Source: Takakia lepidozioides (Eukaryota > Plantae > Bryophyta). Taken from it: a DNA stretch of 64,000 nt. This document shows, piece by piece, positions 1 through 10,532 of the stretch. The notes beneath the pieces were generated by a model, which was not told the DNA's origin, ran no database searches, and saw only the letters and a list, made by a program, of their open reading frames with translations. The stretch is from contig CM060732.1 in assembly GCA_030704615.1 (NCBI GenBank), positions 63,736,001 to 63,800,000 of the forward strand, in the 5' to 3' direction. The translations under genes were made by a program, and so were the position numbers. How positions within the stretch are numbered: position 1 is the stretch's first letter; the number at the start of each line of letters is the position of its first letter.

Positions 1-759
1 TGAAGGGCAGCCATGTCTAAGTATAACGTCATCAAGGAAGAATTCTATTGTCCAGGACAGAATACGGGCTAATGAGACATGTAAGTATCACCCACACAGT
101 GTGTGTGCTTAATAGGGGACCTTGACCCTCACAAGCTCCTTCAGTAAGTGCAGTGTTGTCTGTTATTTTTCTTATTTTTCCTGTGTGCATGTAGCGAAGT
201 AGGCAACTCGCCAAAGTTTTATCCAAATTTGCAAATGCACACATTGATAGACACTAAGGCAAATGGAATCTGGCAAACTTCTCATGTTCTTGTGGTGTGC
301 ACCAGGTCAATTGGCAAAGAGCGTAAAACAAATCTGCATGCAGGAGTTCTCATATTCTTCACAGTGGTTGGACAACAGGTTTAATAAGGTGAGGCTAGCT
401 TCCTAATTAAGAATGCAATCGGCAGAAGCTGGCATGCAGATGTTTGTGGGCTGGAATTTATCTTCACTTGCTCAAATTAATGAGGATTCTGGTCTTTGTC
501 TGAAAAGCAGCTTGTTCCTACTTTTCCTGCTAATAGGTTGTTTTTCGGCACTAACCGGGCATGAAAGTAGTTTGTTCAAGGTTTTTGCCTGCTATTGAAC
601 ATTATGCTTGAAGCTTTGATGGTCGCAAGGATGTGATTGCAGGTGCAGCTGCTCAGGTGTACGCAGCTGGTTTTCACAGAGAGGTCCAAAATCACCAGAT
701 CACTTCAGACACAAGCTCATGAAGGAGCTCCTTTGTATTGAGAGTTGGTGGAACCGTCC

Positions 760-1480
760 GAGGCTAGCTGCCACCCCCATGCACCGTCCATTTCAAGCTG
801 GAGGGAGGCCAAAGGGGGCTGGTTCTTGGAATTGCCGCCGCCAGATGGTGTCTAACAAGCTTACTCCAGAGACTGGAAAGATGAGTGAATACCCTTGGAA
901 CCCATTTCGCCAAACATGGCAGAAATCTGGGATTGTGGGTCCAAGACCCTTAGCCCACCATGCTTTCTCTTCTGAGAAATCTGGGCCCAACTGTGGCGCC
1001 CCAAATCAAGTTTCGCACCAGATATTTAATTTTTAAGGTGAAAGGAGCTCCAATAGGAGAATTTCATTTTCAGCCCAGAAGATTCACAGAAACTGCCAAG
1101 AGCGTTCAGAATCACGGAGGAAACATTTGAACTGGAACTATTGTCAATGTACAGGGTAGCCTTGTCAGCGTATAAGGAGGATCTGATAGAAGAAGAAGGG
1201 TCCAAGGACAAGGAGTGAGGAATGATCAAACCCCAAGAGTCATTCCTTTTATCCATGAGGTGGCCTAAGCCATCTGCAGCAATCAGAAAAAGAAAAGGGC
1301 CAAGGGGCAACCCTGTCTGACTGACTTGAAAAGCGGGACAGATTTAGAAAGTGCTCCGTTTATCAACGCCCTGCTGGAAGCTGAGCAATCTAGGAGAATA
1401 CCAATCCAGGTTAAAATCCCAAAGCCTCCAAGGCACCAAGCAAATAATTCCAGTTGATGTTATTGAAGGCCTTCGAAGGC
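760..1480 (-). mobile_element. Degraded L1-like LINE reverse transcriptase fragment
   Basis: Minus-strand translation gives KAFNNINWNYLLGALEALGF, SVRQGCPLGPFLFLIAADGL, SLYADKATL and FCESSGLK (non-LTR RT motifs), with stops and frameshifts. Confidence 0.8.
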
Positions 1481-1606
1481 CCTACAACTTGGTTGTCAAT
1501 GATAGGAAGCGTAAGTATGGTATGGTGTCTCTTGACCCCCAAGGACTACTGCTTCTTGCGGGAAGGCATACAGCTTCCTGACACCACTTCCTAGGTGGTA
1601 TATGTC

Positions 1607-2845
1607 TAGGGAATTCCAAAAAGGCCTTGATGTGAAATGCATCGCAATTCACTTGATCACCCCCTAGAAGTGCGCAATTCAATTGAATTGCAAGGGCAAT
1701 TCAATTGAACTAACCCTAATTTGCAATTCAATTGAATTGTCGGCACACGATTCAATTGAATTGCGAATTGGCAATTCAATTGAATTGCAGTCAACAATTC
1801 AATCGAATTGTCAACTCGCAATTCAATTGAATCGCTAGTTGGCAATTCAATTGAATTGCTGACTACAATTCAATTGAATTGTAATCTATAATTTTTTAAC
1901 TTATTTCTGTATATAATATATATGTATATATTTAAATTATACATATATACATACACAGGTATAAGCTAAAAATATATGTTGCCTGTCTATTCTTGCTGTC
2001 CGTCTGTCAATCCTTTGCCCGTGGTAAAGGCTTAAGCCCAAGATAAGCCTAAGGGAGAGCGAGAGAGGGAGAGAGAGAGAGGGGAAGTCACGAAGCGCTT
2101 GTAAAAGCGGGATTGTCTCTCTTTGTGGATGTTGGTGCCAATATATGGCTATGTACATATACCAAACATGATACCAATGTAAGAGTATCAACGTGTAAGA
2201 GTTTGATATATTAAACTTATATAGAACATACATCCCAACTTCAACATGATACCTTTGTAAGGGTATCGAAATTTTTGATAATTCTCAAGATGAACATATT
2301 TTTTGTTTTCTTTGTCATGGGCCAGATACTAGTGTTAGGGGACTACATGGTGATGGAGGGGAAGCCTTTCATCAATTGTCAGGTTTGATTTTGTTTGTTT
2401 TTTTCGGAGCCAGCCATGTTTCTTTTGCCACTGAATCACAGGAAGCTGCTGATCTGTCTCCGTCTCTGGCTCTCCCTTTCTCGCTGAGGCTGAGGGTGGT
2501 TTCACAACTCCACAATTTCCTCAAGGGCACAAGAAAGAGGGCCAGCAAGAATAGACGGGCAACATGTATTTTTAGTTTATACTCTTATATGTGTATAAAT
2601 ATAATTTGAATATATACATGTACATATATATTATATACAAAAATAAGTTAAAAAATATAGATTACAATTCAATTGAATTGCCAATTCGCAATTCAGTTGA
2701 ATCGTGTGCCGACAATTCAATTGAATTGCAAATTAGGGTTAGTTCAATTGAATTGCCCTTGCAATTCAATTGAATTGCGCACTTTTAGGGGGTGATCAAG
2801 TGAATTGCGATGCATTTCACATCAAGGCCTTTTTGGAATTCCCTA
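1607..2845. mobile_element. Non-autonomous TIR/foldback element (hAT-like termini) with long inverted arms
   Basis: 1607-~1998 is an inverted repeat of ~2542-2845. Termini are TAGGGAATTCC...GGAATTCCCTA. Flanks TATATGTC (1599-1606) and TATGTGTC (2844-2851) match 7/8, as for an 8-bp TSD. No coding capacity. Confidence 0.8.
1675..1881. repeat. Array of about 9 copies of the 16-bp palindrome CAATTCAATTGAATTG, period about 24 bp
   Basis: Copies start near 1675, 1697, 1724, 1748, 1772, 1795, 1819, 1843 and 1866. About 5 copies lie in the mirror arm at 2665-2777. Confidence 0.9.
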
Positions 2846-3579
2846 TGTGTCCCTTACCACAACTTGGATTTCTATAGTACCTTATACGTACCTACCATGT
2901 ATCTATAGAATATTATCTAGCAGCGAACCGTATGCAACGTCGGACAAGGATCAGTGGCTTCCCCCTCCCTCTGCTTTTCCAAAAGAGTAGGAGACCCCCC
3001 AGGGGACCCCCCTGTCGGGAGGACCATAAACAATCCACGATGGTTGAGGTAAAAAAAAATACGTGAATATGTAGCCCAAGTTTCATTTCAAAACATTTTA
3101 GCCACTAAGAAGATGGAATGACAAAGTGAGGGGCGGGTGGGAAAGGAGGGGAAGGACATGCAGATGACAGGAAAATGGGGGGCTTCATGAGTGGATAGGT
3201 GGGCCGGGGTGAGTTGTGGATGAACTAGACACAAGGGGATTGAATTTTTTCTTTTTCTTTTTTTCTTTTCTTTTTTGTTGTTTTTTAAGTGAGAGAGGGA
3301 TGAAGGCCTCAAAAACTTTATAGTTGATGGACAAAAAAGGAAGATAATAGGAATAATGTAAGAACTTAATGGACGCGTGTGATCTGACAGTACTTTCGTC
3401 GGATTCCGGCAACCTGGGCTCCTGTCAAATCCTCCCCACCCCATATTATCTCGGTTTCACTATTAAATACTTACGAATCCGAGAGGGTTGCAAGTTGTGG
3501 TGGGTAGCGTGATGGTAAGGTGATAGCAATGGAGGCGGTGAGGTTCTGGGTTCAATTCCTGATGGGAGGTTGTGGCAGT

Positions 3580-3803
3580 GTAACCCCGATCGATGTAACC
3601 CTCGGTAACCTCGATTTCTCATGTAACTCTGGTTGGTCCATTTTATACTTAGCCACATTTGGACTTAGTCAACTTTCGAGACCAAGTGTGGGTAACCCCG
3701 ATCGATGTAACCCTCGGTAACCTCGATTTCTCATGTAACTCTGGTTGGTCCATTTTATACTTAGCCACATTTGGACTTAGTCAACTTTCGAGACCAAGTG
3801 TGG
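3580..3803. repeat. 112-bp tandem duplication inside the MULE
   Basis: GTAACCCCGATCGATG...AGACCAAGTGTGG starts at 3580 and again at 3692. Confidence 0.9.
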
Positions 3804-3835
3804 GGTACACCGGCTGGAGTTACATTCCATTCTGT

Positions 3836-4021
3836 GTAACCCCGAGTGGAGTTACACACCTCGTCGTGTAACCCGATGTAACCCCAAGTGGAGTTACACA
3901 CCTCGTCGTGTAACCCGATGTAACCCCAAGTGGAGTTACACACCTCGTTGTGTAACCCGATGTAACCCCAAGTGGAGTTACTAACCTCGTCGTGTAACCC
4001 AGTGTAACCCCGACTGGAGTT
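3836..4021. repeat. 42-bp tandem repeat, about 4.5 copies, inside the MULE
   Basis: Unit GTGGAGTTACACACCTCGTCGTGTAACCCGATGTAACCCCAA at 3846, 3888, 3930 and 3972. Confidence 0.9.
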
Positions 4022-4410
4022 GACACTCCATCAGTCCCATGTCACCCTCAAGAGAGGGTGGGGAAGATTTGACATGCCAGAAACCGGCGTACCATCCTGT
4101 CAGAGGTTGCACGTGTACATTAAGTTCTTACATTATTCCTATTATCTTCCGACAAAAACGGTCCAAAAAATACAATAGAGAAAAAAAATAACCTCTAAAT
4201 GAGTGCCTGGAGGCTGATATCGGAAGGCGCAGCTTTGGAACCAAAAACTTTTCTTTTCTTGAAAGGGAAAAGACCTTGGCTGGAGGACAGCTCACAAATC
4301 AGAGAAAATAACCTCTTTCACAGTTTCATCGCCACGAAGGCGTAGAAAAGGACACTGCCCAATGGAAGGGAGAGAAGAGTATACCACACCTGTCAAGTAG
4401 CAGGATTTGA

Positions 4411-4480
4411 CTAGGATTTGACCCCAGGGCCCATAATCATGTAGGTGGCACTCAATGCACTAACCAACTGAGCTACTGAC
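4411..4480 (-). other. tRNA-derived (SINE-head-like) remnant with Pol III A and B boxes
   Basis: Minus strand has TAGCTCAGTTGG (A box, 4464-4475) and GGTCAAATCC (B-box-like, 4414-4423). No intact cloverleaf. Confidence 0.45.
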
Positions 4481-4587
4481 TGTTGGTGGGAGTGAAATAT
4501 TGATTGATCTAGTTCCTACGATTCTGGATTACATGAAAGATATATGGCACTGAAATGATTCAACATATCTAATTCTAATCTATCACT

Positions 4588-5850
4588 GTATTTTATTTTT
4601 ATTTTTTTGTGTTTTTAAGATAACAGGGGACATGGGCCCTAGAAACATTTATTGATAAAATCGAGGAAAAAATAACCTCGGAAAAACAACACCTTGAGGA
4701 TGAGAAAGGGGACACTATCCCATGACCCAAAAACTAAGAAGGCTGCTAGAGCTATGGATGAGTAGGTCCGCAGCTAGAGAAGCTAGAAAGTAGAATCTAG
4801 CGCCTAGAGGAGTCAAAGTAAGGGGGGGCTTTAGATTTGCCCTTCCTAAGGTGCTTGTGGTGCCAATTAACATATGATTCTTCAGGCTCAATAGATTTAC
4901 GCTCGCTGATGGAACTGTCAATATGACGGGAAGCTATCGTTCCAAACAATCTTTGATTCACAGGCTCTTGTGCACAATCTCCCGCTTTGGCCCCAGAAGT
5001 TATCAAAGCTATTGAATAGCTGCACTCTCCTTCTCGTTGAACATCTAGTAGTAGCTGCACATAAAACACGCTAGGCCTTTCTTGCTTTAGACTTTAAGTC
5101 TAAGTGAACTATGCAACTTTCGTTTGGCACATGGTTGCACCCCCGAATAAAGAAAAGAACGCCTACACTTCCATATGTTCCAAAGGGTATGCGCTCTAAG
5201 AGCAGCCCATACCGGATAGTGGCTCCAAATTACCACTTTGTCCATATTAAGACGCAGCACAGAGTTGAGAAAAGAGAAATCCGAAGGCCAGGTCTCATAG
5301 AATCTGTTGACAGCCCGCCAAACAAAGTAGTTCAAGGGACACTCAAGCAGCCAATGCTCTATAGACTCGGCACAACCCGAACTACCCAATGTGCAAAGGA
5401 GGGTCCAAAATGAAAGAGAAGAAGGTAAAGATACGGTTAACAATTTTCCAGACCAGAACGACTTTTGCTACTCTATTTTTCCTCCACACCTCCTTCCAAA
5501 TTAGTTGCCAGTCAGTGGGCAAGGTAGACAAGTGACGTCATCTAGAATTCCATTTCGCAGTAAACATCACAGGGGTTTGAGGACGGAATATCCGAGCTAA
5601 TGCACGATATACGCAAAGATGGCCGGGTCATGGCCACTAGACATCCCATTACCTTTTGCACGGTCGAATTGCAGGTGTTGCAGGGGCGGAGAAACACCCA
5701 AGTGAAAAAATTAAAGTAATGTGCCATGTTGCCCGGAGGACCCTGGTTCCATTTCCCCGACTGCCTACAAAAATCCCTGATCGCATAGAGGCCTGATCGG
5801 TCCTCAATAGTGGAGTAACAGGGGTGATAAAGAGCCCCATCAGTAGCAAC
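4588..5850 (-). mobile_element. 3' fragment of an L1-like LINE (zf-RVT region, polyadenylation signal, A-rich tail)
   Basis: ORF 5087-5443 has C..C..ESIEHWLLECP..VW and LWNIWKCRRSFLY. The minus strand has AATAAA near 4650 followed by an A-rich tail at ~4588-4616. Confidence 0.75.
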
Positions 5851-6425
5851 CTTGAAGGAACAGAAGAGAGCTCTTGTGAAATTCTGGATTCAACGTAAAA
5901 AGTAGAGCGAGTCGATTTCTACTCACTCTAATAATTAATACTAGGGTAGCCTGTGCCGTTGGCCCAAGTGTCCAATGCCATCTAAATCATCTAAGTCTAA
6001 ATATTTTTAACAGAACCTATGACATGATTTGAGCCGGAGACCTTTTCATTGATATCTCTACTGTCGAGGCTCCGATCATTGTCCCAGGAAAGCCCACTTT
6101 GCTATTTTTTGTGAATTTCTAGAGACCAAAACTACTTGAAATTCAACATCTCCCACACCGCCGGTCCAAAAATCATGAGACCAAGTCGGTGCACCCCTCC
6201 TTATCGAGGGCTTTCCACGGTACCAAGCATTCAGTTTGGGACATCTCAAATCTACAAAACAAACAAACAAAACAAAACAAACGTCTCGCTTCATATATTG
6301 ATAGCTATGGTTCTATTTGTTTTTTGGGCCCTGGAGGGAGTCCACTAAATATTAACTAAAGTACTTACTATATTGTATAAATAGTAAGGTGAGCATGAGC
6401 ACCTCCTTATGTAGCCGTAAGTAGT

Positions 6426-8250
6426 ATACATATATATATATGACGCCAACCGAAGCTAGCTTAATAAGAGCCTCTTCCCCTTGCGGGTACTGCCCCCTTT
6501 CAGAGGTGGGTTCTATCCGAACCGTAATATGTTACACAATGGCTAGCTCGCCACTTTCAATCTTTCGTTTATTGAGGATTAGGGATGTGAGTGATGAAAT
6601 AGCCGTGAAATGCAAGGCTCGTAGTAGAGGTGTTAGTGTATTTGAGTGGTTAGGTTTAAGATTATCTTTCAAACCTGGGATATTATGGATATGACCACCG
6701 CCCTGACAAACGCAGTGATGACGGTCAGAGGTGGCCGTGTTCCCGCCCTTGTGACGAAGGGCATGTATGATTGGGTCATATTTTTCATGTTTGTACATAA
6801 GTGATTGATTCGGATTTCGATCATGCAGAATGCAAATTCCAAAAAATATATTTTTGAGAGATGGAAGCGGTTATGTCGGTGGCAATGCCTGTATAGAAAG
6901 TCCCTGAACTAGCAAAATATCTGGGTATAGTCTTGTTAGTCAAAGGCACGGCACAAATGATTGGACATACTATGTACCAGGTGTGGGGACGAGACCCGCA
7001 CACACACATTCAAGGGTAGACCAAACTACTCCTACAAGAACCCCGCACCTACAGAATTTGTACATATCTCCGTATAGGTGCTATGGTCGGAAATCTAGCC
7101 CTTGTTGATATGAGCCAAACGGGTATGTGTGCGACCGTTGGATAGGGCTGGTCGAGGGGTTGATGATTGGCTGAATAGCACCAAGTTGGGCACGATGGTT
7201 TGCTAAGTCATTACGTATTATGTCTGTGTGAGATCGAACTTTGTGTATATGGATTTGCAACGGTAAAGATGATACAACATCGACGATTCCTTTTATAAGT
7301 GTAATATCAGGATGGTGAATCGGTGATGATGGCATGCAAATTTGGTTGGTAAGAAGGTATAGGGAGACCAAGTTGTCTGTAAATAAATAGTATGTTGAAG
7401 TAGGCTGGTAGGGGAGAGACTTGATAGCATCATGTATAGCCATAAGCTCCGCTCGTAGGATATTCTGGCGACCAGGAGACGGCTATATATTTTGGTATTG
7501 GTGCCAACTAAATATATACCATAACCCACTTGGGCATCTTTTAAGGAGCCATCAGTAGATATGCATTTATGTGGTTGGAATTTTAAGGTTGTGGGTTCCG
7601 TGAAATCTGGGAGTGGTATAGCAAAGGTTTTTGGTCTTGCTGCCTAAAGAGGCCTAGAGGTCACATGTCTCCATGGTTTGTCTGGATTGATTCGGGGATA
7701 TTTGTGGGAATTTGGGTAGGCGAATGAACCGTGGCTGTGTGACCAAATAAATGTCTTAGAATCCGGTCCAGTTGATGGTAGAAAGTGATAGGTATTTGCA
7801 GGTCTTGTGAGTGGTGTCCACATACCAGTTTAGTTAATAAAGGTTCTGGATATTTCATGTAATTGCGCCACGGCAGTGGGGGTTGATAAATGATTGAGCG
7901 AGGCTCAAATGTAACTAACGTGAATACTCCAGGGGGGTCGCTTAGTATTGGGTGTTTAGAGTTGGTATGGTTAGTATTAGGAATAAATAAGATGGTGAAT
8001 GATTATGGTGATATATGTGCAGCAATGCAATGAAGCGCCTCACTGGCAGAAGCGGAATTAGGGGGGTGTGCAAACCCTTGCCCTTGCCATTGGTGGGACC
8101 TTGCAGCCCCCGGGATCCAAAGTGCTGATTAATGTTGTGTAAGCTCGAATAAGTAGATAAACCCAATGGGCATGTGAGAGGGTTAGAGTAGAATGAGTGA
8201 GTGAGTTGCAACTCCGTGGTAAGGAAGTCTAGAAAGAGTGCGGGGAGGGT
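6426..8250 (-). mobile_element. 5'-truncated RLE-type LINE (Dualen/RandI-like architecture): N6A-MTase-like domain, RNase H, restriction-like endonuclease, (TA)n tail
   Basis: RNase H motifs IYTDGS (~7545-7560), QNILRAELMAI, FTDNL and HKVRSH..RNDLAN. RLE motifs PDILLVQG and FLEFAFC. C-terminal KHEKYDPIIHAL...LHFTAI..L. TA microsatellite at 6426-6441. Frameshifted. Confidence 0.7.
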
Positions 8251-8676
8251 CGAGTAAGGTGCTCACCTCCTTATATAGGAATAGGCGGCGCTCGGGCCAC
8301 TTATCCACTCATCAAGCCATGCTGCCAGATAACTGACTGTATATAGGGTTTTGTTCTATATTAACTTTATGTAAGCATATCCACCAGCGTTCATCGCGAC
8401 ATTCCTCCACCTAGTCTGAAAACCTAATCCCTCCACCAACTCCCAAATGCAAGCCACAACAAGAACCTGACTACGAAATCCAAAAGCTTCCAGCCCCGAA
8501 CACGACTCTGATATATCCGATCGTGTATTGGATCCAAGGCCTGAACTCGACCCGCAGAATCCACCAACACACACACTGCAACTTCATCACACCCCGACTC
8601 TTGTATCCCATCCCATGGGAAATGTAGTCTCAATTCTGTTAAGAAATTTGATACTGGTTATCCGCCAGCAAGGGAT

Positions 8677-9200
8677 GTGTTACAGGCATTGCAAGAATTG
8701 AGGAAAGACAATCAGGAGATGAAGGGGAGGATACAGGAGCTTGAATTGCGGTCAAGCTCCTCATGGAGTATAGCTTCTGCCCTTCTAAGGCGTTTTCTCT
8801 TGCAACTCTCGATGGAGACGATTGCCACCAAGAACGTGTGGGAGAGGGACAACCACAAACCGTTTGTGGCTTATGCAAGATTTGCTTTGGAACCGATACA
8901 GTTTTTGTTATTTGGCACCATGGCGAAGGTGCGAAAAGGAGGCAACTCCTTTGTTGCCTCCCCTGAACTGCTTCGGTTGCTTTCGGATGCCACGCCGGCA
9001 AGGAGTGCTCTTTCATAATCTTCCATCCACAGAGGACTCTATTAAAGTTTGCCCGAGCGATTGATGACTTGCAGGCCGCGGATGATGATGACAACAAATG
9101 GCGCAAGGATGCGTATGGAACTTTATTGGAGAAAATCCTTGGGAAAACATTGGCGGAGATTCTCAAGGATGCAAGTGAAAGGTGTGGGAGGTACAGATGC
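8677..9200 (+). pseudogene. Degenerate orphan ORF with an N-terminal coiled coil
   Basis: ORF 8677-9018 (LQALQELRKDNQEMKGRIQELEL...) continues in another frame as FARAIDDLQAADDDDNKWRKDAYGTLLEKILGKTLAEIL. No family recognised. Confidence 0.3.
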
Positions 9201-9618
9201 CTACTACAACGTTGAATTGAAGGATGAGGTAATCACCAAGTCCCTGATGCGGCAAGGAAACAGTTGACTTTGCTGTTATGCTTGGGCTAGGGCTAGATCG
9301 GGTAAAGAGGCGAAAAGTTTGAGAATTGCATAGCCAAGGAACAAGAGGCAGTCTTTGAAGGAAAAATGAATGTGATTGAGGAAGTGATGCTCTCAAGAAG
9401 GTGAACATCAAATTTACAGTTGCTGTTACAGCAGAAGGAAATTCAGTGAACTTAAGCGATGCTGCTGAGGAAAAGAGATCTACTACACAAATGGAGGAGA
9501 GAACAGAGGTGAAGGAGAAAAGAGAGAAGGATCCGGAACAGAGAGGAATTGGTGATGGAACCCAGTGAAGAGATCTTCAAGGCAGGGCATGGAGACTTCA
9601 TTGGCGTTGTGAACGCGT

Positions 9619-10532
9619 GTGCCAGAAAAAGGCAAGGTTGTCCATGCTGACATTATCAAAGCTGGAGTTGCGGCAGATGTTATTCTGGAGACTGCCCTGA
9701 CTGATATGTATGCCAAATGTGGAAGCATGAAGGATGCACAGCTAGTGTTCGACAATATGCCTCAACGAAATTTGGTCTCATGGAATGTCGCAGGATATGC
9801 TCAGCATACTTGTGGTAGGGAGGCCTTGCAACTCTTTGAACAAATGCAACGGGAAGGCCTTGAACCGAGCAGTATCACCTTAACATCTCTTCTCTCTGCA
9901 TGTACCCAGAGGGCCGTCACTACTTTGATTCCATGAGTCGAGATCACCACGTCACCTCTACATTGGAGCATCTTGGTTGCACGGTGGACCTCCTGGCCGT
10001 GCAGGGCGATTGGATGAGGCAGAGGACTTCATCAGCAACATGCCAATCAGAGCAGTGTGCTGCAGAATGGAGGGCCTTGCTTGGTGCCTGCAGAATTCAT
10101 TGCGATGTGGAGGTGGCAGAACGTGCAGCTCAAAGCATTCTGAAGAGTGAGTAAATTGATGGAAGACAGGTCAAGAGGGAGTTTAAGCGAAGCAGCATTG
10201 AGGTAGAGAACCAGCAAATCGCATCCAAAGATCGAGGAAATCCATGTCGAGCTAAAAATATTGTCTACATCAATGAAGGAGGCTGACTATGTGCCTGACA
10301 CGGATTGCACGATGGTCAAAACAAATTTTCTCTTTGCTACAATAAAGAGAAGCTAACCATTGCTTATTAAGACATTCCCGGGGATGCCTATCCTGTGCCC
10401 ACAACCTTGGGGTGTGTGGTGACTGCCACACCGCCGAGCAAGGTCATTTCCAGGTTGTTGGTTGAGAACATATTGTTCTCAATGCCAATCGCTCTCATCA
10501 CCTCCAAGATGATACGTATAGATTACTGGTGA
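9619..10532 (+). pseudogene. PLS-class PPR-DYW (organellar RNA-editing factor) pseudogene
   Basis: TALTDMYAKCGSMKDAQLVFDNM, E-domain WRALLGACRIH, degenerate KEKLTIAY and NLGVCGDCHTA, ending GATTACTGGTGA (DYW-stop) at 10521-10532. Several frameshifts. Confidence 0.85.

Larger units (their letters stand above)
3339..4150. mobile_element. Non-autonomous Mutator-like (MULE) element
   Basis: TIR GGAAGATAATAGGAATAATGTAAGAACTTAATG at 3339, with its reverse complement ending at 4150. The 9-bp flanks GACAAAAAA and GACAAAAAC match 8/9. Confidence 0.85.

Noticed and set aside
1675-1881. CRISPR-like array of palindromic repeats
   Set aside because: Spacers are only about 6-11 bp, the array is mirrored in an inverted arm, there are no cas genes, and the context is eukaryotic.
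3836-4021. CRISPR-like 42-bp periodicity and the repeat-peptide ORFs over it
   Set aside because: Whole units are near-identical with no unique spacers, and the ORFs are by-products of the repeat inside a MULE.
4411-4480. Functional tRNA gene (also 3503-3562 and ~52260-52330)
   Set aside because: Only A/B-box-like motifs are present; no acceptor or anticodon stems could be built.
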